Shown: positions 1-7,034, counted from the first letter of the stretch. The stretch: 12,428 nt of DNA from Chthoniobacteraceae bacterium (GCA_031409655.1 JANNXQ010000277.1:1-12428); one strand, 5' to 3'. Notes: a model not told the origin generated them from the sequence alone. Program-made: numbers and translations.

Positions 1-18
1 TGCCAAGGCATGCTGGCC

Positions 19-177
19 TCGGTGGATGGCGCGCTCCGCCGCGCCATGGGAAAACCAACCGCGCGGAGCGCGTCAATCTTCCGCAAGAGCGAAGCGGCTG
101 AGGCGCACAGGCGGAGAAAATGGGCGGCGGCGCCGCGGAGCATTCGGCATGGCGCAGCGGAGTGCGCCATCCACCGA
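19..177. repeat. REP doublet (REPIN/BIME-like unit) copy 1
   Basis: TCGGTGGATGGCGCGCTCCGCCGCGCCATG at 19-48 (GTGG + hairpin ATGGCGCG-ctccgc-CGCGCCAT), inverted copy at 148-177, 99-nt spacer. Part of a 179-bp tandem unit (position 1 matches position 180), which may continue left of the window. Confidence 0.92.
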
Positions 178-197
178 AATGCCAAGGCATCCTGGCC

Positions 198-356
198 TCG
201 GTGGATGGCGCGCTCCGCCGCGCCATGGGAAAACCAACCGCGCGCAGCGCGCCAATCTTCCGCGAGAGCGAAGCGGCTGAGGCGCACAAGCGGAGAAAAT
301 GGGCGGCGGCGCTGCGGAGCATTCGCCATGGCGCGGCGGAGCGCGCCATCCACCGA
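198..356. repeat. REP doublet copy 2
   Basis: REP at 198-227 and inverted REP at 327-356; 99-nt spacer differs from copy 1 at 6 positions by manual count. Confidence 0.92.
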
Positions 357-416
357 CAGCGCAGCATTGCTGGAAATCGCTTGGCGGCGGCGAAGGCGGA
401 AAGCAACCTCCGGCGC

Positions 417-935
417 ATGAGCGATGACACGCCGACACCACCGAGCGTGTACCACGGCTTTGGCGGACGCCTCTTTCACGATGTACCAGCCTGGGTGCGC
501 GACGACGCGATCTTTCACATCCGCGTGCGCATCGAGCCGACGAGCCCGCGGCTCACGGAATCTCCGTCACTGGCGGCGGCCTTGCTCGAGAGCGTGAAGC
601 TTTACCACGAGCGCGGACGCTGGTGGGTGCATCTCTTCATGCTCATGCCGGATCACTGGCACGCCTTGCTCAGCTTCGGCCCGCAGTCGTCGATGGGCCG
701 GATCATCGGCGAATGGAAGAAGTATCAAGCACGGCATCGCGGGATCGTGTGGCAGGAGGGCTTCTTCGATCACCGTCTGCGCAACCATCTCGCGGAACTC
801 GACGACAAGTACGCCTACATCCGCCGCAATCCCCAGGCGTCGGGCCTGTGCGCTCCCGAGGCGGATTGGCCGTGGCAATGGAGCGCCAGCGACCCCGCGC
901 CCGACACCCGCCCGGAAAACCCCTCGCGCTGGTAA
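417..935 (+). CDS. rayT: REP-associated tyrosine transposase (RAYT/TnpA-REP, HUH Y1 family), 172 aa
   Basis: HUH motif MPDHWH, WQEGFFDHRLR, catalytic Tyr motif YIRRNP and C-terminal DWPW, with REP doublets on both sides. ATG at 417 chosen because the longer ORF (120-935) runs through the repeats. Confidence 0.92.
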   Translation: MSDDTPTPPSVYHGFGGRLFHDVPAWVRDDAIFHIRVRIEPTSPRLTESPSLAAALLESVKLYHERGRWWVHLFMLMPDHWHALLSFGPQSSMGRIIGEWKKYQARHRGIVWQEGFFDHRLRNHLAELDDKYAYIRRNPQASGLCAPEADWPWQWSASDPAPDTRPENPSRW

Positions 936-951
936 GAGCACGCACCCTCCC

Positions 952-1110
952 TCGGTGGATGGCGCGCTCCGCCGCGCCATGCCAAACCCTCCGCGGCGCA
1001 GCCGCCCATCTTCTGCCCCTGTGCGCCCCAGCCGCCTCGCTCTCGCGGAAGATCAGCGCGCTCCGCGCGATTGGTTTTCCCATGGCGCGGCGGAGCGCGC
1101 CATCCACCGA
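952..1110. repeat. REP doublet copy 3 (spacer in opposite orientation)
   Basis: REP at 952-981 and inverted REP at 1081-1110; the 99-nt spacer is the reverse complement of the copy 1 spacer with 14 mismatches by manual count. Confidence 0.92.
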
Positions 1111-1519
1111 GGTTCGTGGGCCTTTCTCCGGTTCGAGGACGTCGGCTTCATTGTGGGATGTCCTCGAATAACGGAGACTTCACGGGCGGTGGCGCTGGTG
1201 TTGGGGGGCACCTTCGGGCCTGTCAGAAAGTTGGTGTGGCGGGGCGAAAAGAAAGGACCAGACGCTTCGTCAATTGCCTGCACGACCTCTGCCACATCCT
1301 CTTCCTCCTCGCCGAAGACACCGAGCAGGAAAACCCCGAGACCCGCCTCTGCCCCGCCTGCCTCGCCCACGGCCTCACCTCCCAGACCGCCGACTACAAA
1401 GGCAGCCCCGCCCGCCCCAAGTCACCGGACTCGAACGCTGCTTCCTGAAGAGGGAACAGCGATCCGTTGGGAGTCAGTACAGAAGACTCTCAATCATCCC
1501 TTGCGCTCACGACCGAGCG

Positions 1520-2710
1520 TCAAGGCTGGGTGGCGCGGGCTTGAAGGGTGACGAAGCCGGGGGCGAGGGTGGTGCTCAGCGTCCACGTCGAGAGGGTGGT
1601 CGTGCCGCCGCCTTGGAGCGTGGCGTTCACCGTGGTAGCACCGCCGTATTTATTGGCGATACGCACGGAGACGACGGCGCCGGCGGTGGCAAAGTTTTCC
1701 GTCCGCAGGACGATTGTGACCGGGGTGTTTTTCTGGATGGCAATGTCCGCCGTACTGATGAGTGGCGCCGTAGGATCGGCGGGCGATGGCATCCCATCCA
1801 CGCTGACGATCTTGACCGATGGAGACGTGAGCGATTGAAAGAGCGTGGGAGTTGTCCCCGGCGGGACTGCAATCGAGGAAGGGTTTGGCGTGACTGTCGC
1901 GGAGAGTGAATTCGCCTCAATCCGCACGCGGCCTTGAGTTCCGCTGTTAACAGTCCCGGTGCCATTTACTTGATTTGCGATTAGGCGAATCGCCCCGCCA
2001 CTACCACCCGCTGTATTTCCGTCGATGGCGCCGACCGCAGTGATGGTGCCGTTCGTAAACTGGATGGTCGATGGTGCGGCGATCAGAATTGCACCGCCAC
2101 CACCCCCGCCAGAATAACTCCGGTTAAACGCCTGCGCACCGCCGGAGCCACCGATCAATGGAATGATCTGCGGATTTCCGTATGCGCTCGCATAGTTGGC
2201 TGATGTTGTGTTTGAGTCCGCGTTACCTGGACTCGAGTTGCCGCCTGGCCCAAGTCCCACCCCGGAGCCCAATACGCTGCTGGTTGCGCCACCGCGATAC
2301 CCACCAGGGCCAGGTTCCGTCGGAATTGCGCCAGCGGTTCCCGTTGCTCCTACCTTTCCATTCAGATTCACGGTCCCGGCGATATTTACGCTTCCCTGCA
2401 CAAGCCACACCACGGGCGCGTAGCTCGGGTGATTGATGAAAGTCACCGTCGTTCCGGCAGGGACGTTGACGGAGGTATACTTGAAGACGATGACCCAGCG
2501 CGCAGCGTCATAGATACCGATATTCGGGCCCGCATTGCTGGACGTAATGGCGTCGCCGGGGAGGGCTTGCGAGAGATCGACGACGAAGCTAGCGCCGGAC
2601 GGATTGAAGGCACCGGCGGAGCCATCGGCGGGCCCGATGGTGAGCTGGGCGAAGGCGGGGAGGGCGCTCGCAAGCAGCGCGAGCATGGCGAGGAGGCGGG
2701 GCGTTTTCAT
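1520..2710 (-). CDS. Secreted glycine-rich hypothetical protein, 396 aa
   Basis: Sec-type signal peptide (MKTPRLLAMLALLASALPAFA-Q), Gly-rich motifs (GPGGYRGG, GGSGG, SGGGGGGAILI, GGSGGAIRL) and a beta-rich C-terminal domain; long clean ORF. Confidence 0.88.
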   Translation of the reverse strand: MKTPRLLAMLALLASALPAFAQLTIGPADGSAGAFNPSGASFVVDLSQALPGDAITSSNAGPNIGIYDAARWVIVFKYTSVNVPAGTTVTFINHPSYAPVVWLVQGSVNIAGTVNLNGKVGATGTAGAIPTEPGPGGYRGGATSSVLGSGVGLGPGGNSSPGNADSNTTSANYASAYGNPQIIPLIGGSGGAQAFNRSYSGGGGGGAILIAAPSTIQFTNGTITAVGAIDGNTAGGSGGAIRLIANQVNGTGTVNSGTQGRVRIEANSLSATVTPNPSSIAVPPGTTPTLFQSLTSPSVKIVSVDGMPSPADPTAPLISTADIAIQKNTPVTIVLRTENFATAGAVVSVRIANKYGGATTVNATLQGGGTTTLSTWTLSTTLAPGFVTLQARATQP

Positions 2711-2746
2711 GGGTGGGTGGTGATGGGTGGTTGGAAAGAGTGAAAG

Positions 2747-2903
2747 GTTGTCATCCTGAGCGGAGCGGAGCGGAGTCGAAGGATCTCATGCTTCTGCGGG
2801 CAGCGGTGGTGCGGAGCTTGACCGCGCTAAAGGCTCCGCACCGCCGCTGCCCGCAGAAATCAGAGGTCCCACGACTCCGCTCCGCTCCGCTCGGGATGAC
2901 AAC
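2747..2903. repeat. 157-bp hairpin element of a second palindrome family (TGTCATCCTGAGCG... ends)
   Basis: Outer arms 2747-2787 (GTTGTCATCCTGAGCGGAGCGGAGCGGAGTCGAAGGATCTC) and 2863-2903 are near reverse complements; inner arms TTCTGCGGGCAGCGGTGGTGCGGAGC / GCTCCGCACCGCCGCTGCCCGCAGAA extend the stem. Confidence 0.85.
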
Positions 2904-2970
2904 GATTGGCAGCGTGCACGCGCACTATTGGCGAACTGTCGCAAAGCGGTAAGTTTCGCCGATGGGTAAC

Positions 2971-3924
2971 TCATGGCGCGGTATTCAGGACGCTTACGGC
3001 GCGGGAGATGGCTTCGACGCTCGCGGTGGGTGCGCCGAAGTTGAAGGCGGTGACTTCGCGCGAATAGACCTCGGGGGTACCGGAAGGGACGCTTTGGCCA
3101 TTGAAGACGCTGAGCGCGCGGGAGATGGCTTCGACTTGCGCGGGCGGGCTGCCGAAATTGAAGACAGTCACGGCGCGACCGATGGCCTCGGTGGTCGCGA
3201 GCGGGGAGCCGAAGTTGAAGGCGCTGACTTCCCGTGAGTAGACCTCGGGCGGGAAGGTGGGGATGCTTTGGCCATTGAAGATGGAGATCGTGCGCGAGAT
3301 GGCCTCGCCGCGCGCGATGGCAGTGCCAAAATTAAAAACCGTGACCTCACGCGTGATCGCTTCCTTCAGCGGGACGATGCCGCGTTTGCGCCGGTAGTAG
3401 TCGAGATTGTTTTCGCCGGTGAGACGGTCGGGCTCGGGGCTGAGCTGGAAGGCATCGTTCGGGTTGAGCGGATTTAGGTAGCCGTGCTGGAGTTCCCAGA
3501 TGTCGTCGAGGAAGTCATTGTCCTGATCCTCCGGCGCCGAGACGCTGATGCCGCGGGCGCGGAAGAAGCCGCTGCGCTCGCTGGCGGCGGGGGTGTATCC
3601 AAAGGTGGGGCCAGCATTGCCCAGTGCCATCATCACGTAGCTCCACGGGACCTTGAGGTCTGCAGAATGCTGAAAGCCGAAGTAGAGGGCGGGATTTGGC
3701 TGGAGGGTGATGCGATATTCGGCACCGACCTTGGAGAACTCAGCGGTCAAACCTTGCCCGAAACTCGAAGGTCCCAGACTAAGATAGCCCGCCAACGCAA
3801 CGACGGTCGCAAGTGTCTTGGTTCGGAAAAGGCGCGCGATTCTTGACGAGACGTGTGGGGAAGCTTTTTCCACAGCTTTTTTGGGCTGTCGTGCCGCGTC
3901 ATTCTCGGGAGTTTCCGTTTTCAC
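2971..3924 (-). CDS. Secreted hypothetical protein with TSP3-like Ca-binding motif and seven C-terminal ~19-20 aa repeats
   Basis: Hydrophobic signal-like stretch TLATVVALAGYLSLGPSSFG, DQDNDFLDDIWE motif (3493-3528), repeats EAISRxVSVFN. Start uncertain: GTG at 3924 preferred over TTG at 3978. Confidence 0.85.
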   Translation of the reverse strand: MKTETPENDAARQPKKAVEKASPHVSSRIARLFRTKTLATVVALAGYLSLGPSSFGQGLTAEFSKVGAEYRITLQPNPALYFGFQHSADLKVPWSYVMMALGNAGPTFGYTPAASERSGFFRARGISVSAPEDQDNDFLDDIWELQHGYLNPLNPNDAFQLSPEPDRLTGENNLDYYRRKRGIVPLKEAITREVTVFNFGTAIARGEAISRTISIFNGQSIPTFPPEVYSREVSAFNFGSPLATTEAIGRAVTVFNFGSPPAQVEAISRALSVFNGQSVPSGTPEVYSREVTAFNFGAPTASVEAISRAVSVLNTAP

Positions 3925-4168
3925 GTTGGTTTCCGCTGCCGTGTTTGACGGATACGGAATTTTCCGCGGCGATGGCAAGCGTAATATCGCAGTGACATTA
4001 CCTTTCCCGGCGCTTATGACATTTCCGAGACAGGGACAAGACTGAAGGCGGCAGAAAGCAGTTGGCGGGAGATAGGGGAGAGCGGTTTCCGTGGGGATCG
4101 TCCTCGGGATGGGGGGGCGGGCACGTCTCAGGCGGCGCTACCGGCTCAAGGCCGAAACAGAGCCGCCC

Positions 4169-4558
4169 CTACTTATTGGCTTTGAGTGGCTTGCGCTGGA
4201 TCAGGCGGGCTTGAGAAGGGTTCAGCGGGCGGGTTTCCGAGGGCACGGAAAGATTTCCTGATATCAGGGAGAGGCTTCCTGATATGGGGAAAACGTTTCC
4301 TGAAATAAGGAAACGGCTTTCTGATATTGGGAAATGGTTTCCCGATATCAGGAACTGACTTCCTGAGATTGGAAAATGGCTTCGTGAAATAAGGAAGCGG
4401 TTTTCTGATCTACGTAAGCGGCATCCTTCTCTTCGGAAGTGGGTTCCCGGTTTAAGGAAATGGCTTCCTGATATCAGGAAGGGCTTTTGTGACGTACGGA
4501 ATGGGTTCCCTAATCCAAGGACGTGGCTCGCTGAAATCAGGAAACGGCTCCCCGACAT
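4169..4558 (-). CDS. Possible heptad-repeat ORF (F[LP]ISG[SN]H)n, probably a by-product of the 21-bp array
   Basis: Open from ATG at 4558 for 129 aa, but almost entirely inside the tandem array; no recognisable domain. Confidence 0.2.
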   Translation of the reverse strand: MSGSRFLISASHVLGLGNPFRTSQKPFLISGSHFLKPGTHFRREGCRLRRSENRFLISRSHFPISGSQFLISGNHFPISESRFLISGNVFPISGSLSLISGNLSVPSETRPLNPSQARLIQRKPLKANK

Positions 4559-4590
4559 TGGGAAGGAGTTTCGTGATAATCGGGAGGGAT
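4234..4590. repeat. Tandem array of ~17 degenerate 21-bp units, consensus TTCCTGATATCAGGAAAYGGC
   Basis: Units start at 4234, 4255, 4276, 4297, 4318, 4339, 4360, 4381, 4402, 4423, 4444, 4465, 4486, 4507, 4528, 4549, 4570 with no indels; perfect 18-bp palindrome CTTCCTGATATCAGGAAG at 4464-4481. Confidence 0.9.
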
Positions 4591-4685
4591 TTGAGTGGAT
4601 ATGGTAAACGCGGATGTTTTAAGGGAGGGGCTTTGGAGGATGCGTAGTAGGGATGGGTGAATGGGGGTCTTTGGACTTCCTGATC

Positions 4686-4801
4686 TCGGTGGATGGCGCA
4701 CTCCGCTGCGCCATGAGTTATCTTTGCCGGAGGCCTCATCCAAGGGAGAGGCGCTGCCGCGCGAGCAATGTCATGGCACAGCGGAGTCCGCCATCCACCG
4801 A
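4686..4801. repeat. REP doublet copy 4 (same REP family, unrelated 56-nt spacer)
   Basis: TCGGTGGATGGCGCACTCCGCTGCGCCATG at 4686-4715 and a degenerate inverted copy at 4772-4801. Confidence 0.88.
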
Positions 4802-4951
4802 GCTTTCCCTTCGCTCCGTTTCCGGGGTGTTGCTATTGGGGCAACGAGGAAAATGGGAACGCTCGTTACTTTTTTGGCCGGGGTGGCCCTTGGCTTGCTT
4901 TTCCTGGGGTGATCCAATTGACGCTCATAATTAAATCTAACTAACTCATAT

Positions 4952-5572
4952 ATGATCATTAAACCTTCCATCTCCTTCCTCAATGAAGATCCTGACGCGG
5001 ACTTACTGGCTCGCATCACGACGATCGTGATTGCGCTCACGGGTAACACCAGCTTTCCAGAGCCCGCACCGACGCTGGCGGTGGTAACTGCGGCCAATGA
5101 CGCCTTTGGCAAGGCGGTCGCGGAAGCGGCGGGTGGCGGGGTGGCGCTGACGGCGGTGAAGAATGATCGGCGGGCGGCCCTCGTGGCGCTGGTGCGGGAG
5201 TTGGCGAGTTATGTACAGGTGGCATGTAAGGAAGATCTGGCGGTCTTGCTCACGAGTGGCTTTCCGCACCAGAAGCCGGAGCGTCAGCCGATCGGCGAAC
5301 TGCCTCCTCCAGCCAATCTCACGCTGAAGCTGGGTACGCGCAGTGGGCAACTGGTGACGAAGGCAGAGCCGGTCTCGGGGGCCTCAATCTATAATTGGCG
5401 CCTGACGACTTCCGCGGCGCCGGAAAATCCGGTGCAGACCCGGCAGACGACGGCGGCACGGCATACTTTCTCCGGGCTGACTCCGGGGGTGATCTATAAT
5501 GTGGAGGTGAATGCGGTGGGTGCGGCAGGGCCGAGTAATTGGGCCGGGCCGGCGAAGCAGATGGTGGTGTAG
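4952..5572 (+). CDS. Hypothetical protein with N-terminal helical domain and C-terminal fibronectin type III domain, 206 aa
   Basis: FN3 signature HTFSGLTPGVIYNVEVNAVGAAGPSNW preceded by PPPANL; Ala/Leu-rich amphipathic N-terminal half; no signal peptide; AT-rich leader (4917-4951) and downstream terminator. Confidence 0.88.
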   Translation: MIIKPSISFLNEDPDADLLARITTIVIALTGNTSFPEPAPTLAVVTAANDAFGKAVAEAAGGGVALTAVKNDRRAALVALVRELASYVQVACKEDLAVLLTSGFPHQKPERQPIGELPPPANLTLKLGTRSGQLVTKAEPVSGASIYNWRLTTSAAPENPVQTRQTTAARHTFSGLTPGVIYNVEVNAVGAAGPSNWAGPAKQMVV

Positions 5573-5599
5573 GGGGCGGGGGGACGACGCAGATTTACG

Positions 5600-5640
5600 A
5601 AAGGCGCGCTGGCCGTGAGGCCGGTGCGTTTTTCTTTTTC
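5600..5640 (+). terminator. Rho-independent terminator of the FN3 gene
   Basis: Stem GCGCGCTGGCC (5604-5614), GTGA loop, GGCCGGTGCGT (5619-5629, with G-U pairs), followed by a T-rich tail. Confidence 0.75.
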
Positions 5641-5687
5641 GCGGCTCCTGCGCCTCAAGTCGGGAGACAAACGTGGAAGCAGCATCC

Positions 5688-5824
5688 TTTGACGTTTGGT
5701 GTTTGGCGTTTGAAGTTTGGCGTTCATCCCTCCCCGGGCAGCTCGTTGGCAGCGGGTGCCTCGCCTCACCTCCAGCGCCGCTCCAGACGGTTCAACGCCA
5801 AACTTCAAACGCTAAACGCCAAAC
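5688..5824. repeat. Inverted repeat built from 7-mer subunits (TTTGGCG)n ... (CGCCAAA)n
   Basis: 5694-5724 and 5794-5824 are 31-nt reverse complements with two differences, both G-U compatible. Confidence 0.85.
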
Positions 5825-5961
5825 TGGGGGATCTCGCTTTCCCGGGGCAACAAGGGCGGCAGGGACGGAGAGACACGGCAGGAGCTGGCAGGATGTCGGG
5901 CGGAGTGAAAAAGCCGCTGGCGTGCTCTGGCGGGGCGTGCCAGTGTCGCGGCCCATTTGAC

Positions 5962-7023
5962 ATGAAATCCCAAGCTACCTTCACCGCCGCTCTCACTTTT
6001 TCGCTTTTCGCCGCGCCTGCGCTCTTCGGTGCGGAGGCTCCTCCGAAGCCAGAGGCAGCGGCTCCGGCGGTCTCCTCCGTGATGCTCACGGACCCGATCG
6101 CGGTGGTGGAAGGGGCGGAGATCAAGAAGGCGGATCTGGACAAGGCCTTCGCCGGGGTGCTGGCTTCGCAGGGGATGCCGGCGGATCAGGCGGCGCAGAT
6201 CCCGGAGGCGCAGCGGATGCAGTTTTACAAGATGCTGCTGGACGACATCATCGTGGACAAGCTGATCGCCAAACGCTCGGCGGCGACGCAGGTGCCGGAT
6301 GCGGAGGTGGCGACGGCGTTTGCCAAAATGCAGAAGAATTTCGGCTCGGAGGAGGAGATGAAAAAGCAGATGGAGGCGAGCGGGCAGAGCCTCGACAAGC
6401 TGAAGGAGAATCTGCGCAATCAACTGCGCGCGCAGACCTGGGTGGATGAGCAGGTGAAGGGGAAGGACGCGGTGCCGGACGCGGAGGCGGAGGAATTTTA
6501 CAAGACGAATCCGGATAAGTTCAAACGGCCGGAGCAGGTGCGCGCGAGTCACATCCTGGTGACGGTGACGGCGGACGCGAAGCCGGAAGACGTGCTGGTG
6601 AAGGAGAAGGCGGCGAAGGATCTCCTGGCCCGGGTGACGAAGGGGGAAGACTTTGCGACGCTGGCTGGGGAGGCCTCGGAAGATCCGAGTGCGAAGACGA
6701 ACAAGGGGGATCTGGATTTCTTTGGGCGCGAGCAGATGGTGAAGGAGTTTGCGGATGCGGCTTTCTCGATGAAGAAGGATGAGGTGAGCAAGGAGCCGGT
6801 GCGCAGCCAGTTTGGGTATCACATCATCAAGGTGACGGATCGGCGGGAGGCGGCGACGGTGCCGCTGGAGACGGCGAAGCCGCAGGTGATGGCGTATCTC
6901 CAGCGCCAGAAGAAGCAGAAGGCGGTGCAGGATTTTGTGCAGGAGCTGCGGAAGAAGTCGGAGGTGAAGGTGAACTTCCCCGAACTGCCCGCGGCGGCTC
7001 CTGCTGCGCCGGGGGAAAAGTAA
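5962..7023 (+). CDS. Exported parvulin/PpiC-type peptidyl-prolyl cis-trans isomerase (PrsA/SurA-like foldase), 353 aa
   Basis: Signal peptide MKSQATFTAALTFSLFAAPALFG, SurA-N-like helical region, rotamase motifs VRASHILV, SEDPSAKTNKGDLDFF, MVKEFADAAF, VRSQFGYHIIKV. Confidence 0.93.
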   Translation: MKSQATFTAALTFSLFAAPALFGAEAPPKPEAAAPAVSSVMLTDPIAVVEGAEIKKADLDKAFAGVLASQGMPADQAAQIPEAQRMQFYKMLLDDIIVDKLIAKRSAATQVPDAEVATAFAKMQKNFGSEEEMKKQMEASGQSLDKLKENLRNQLRAQTWVDEQVKGKDAVPDAEAEEFYKTNPDKFKRPEQVRASHILVTVTADAKPEDVLVKEKAAKDLLARVTKGEDFATLAGEASEDPSAKTNKGDLDFFGREQMVKEFADAAFSMKKDEVSKEPVRSQFGYHIIKVTDRREAATVPLETAKPQVMAYLQRQKKQKAVQDFVQELRKKSEVKVNFPELPAAAPAAPGEK

Positions 7024-7034
7024 GGGCGCACCGA

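Noticed and set aside
1..416. Overlapping ORFs through the REP doublets (10-420, 26-280, 73-441, N-terminal extension 120-416)
   Set aside because: They run through GC-rich palindromic repeats; differences between copies are mostly non-synonymous in the frame checked, so there is no coding signal.
417..935. IS200/IS605 TnpA insertion sequence
   Set aside because: No tnpB and no distinct left/right end hairpins; the multiple GTGG REP doublets and WQxxFFDH / YIxxNP motifs fit RAYT better.
1053..1370. Minus-strand ORF containing SATAREVSV, resembling the EAISREVSV repeat
   Set aside because: Single short match lacking the terminal FN, in an ORF with no other protein-like features; likely chance.
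4110..4172. GTAGGGGCGGCTC on the minus strand (4160-4172), a possible third REP type
   Set aside because: Single degenerate copy with only a weak partner arm; cannot be supported from this window.
4234..4590. CRISPR array interpretation
   Set aside because: Units are contiguous 21-mers with no unique spacers, they are degenerate throughout, and no cas genes are in the window.
4890..4951. Specific promoter call for the FN3 gene
   Set aside because: TTGACG (4918-4923) and CATAAT (4926-4931) are present but not at a usable spacing; only the AT-richness is supportable.
5539..5961. 141-aa N-terminal extension of the PPIase ORF
   Set aside because: It overlaps the FN3 gene end, the terminator and the 7-mer repeat; the signal peptide starts at ATG 5962.
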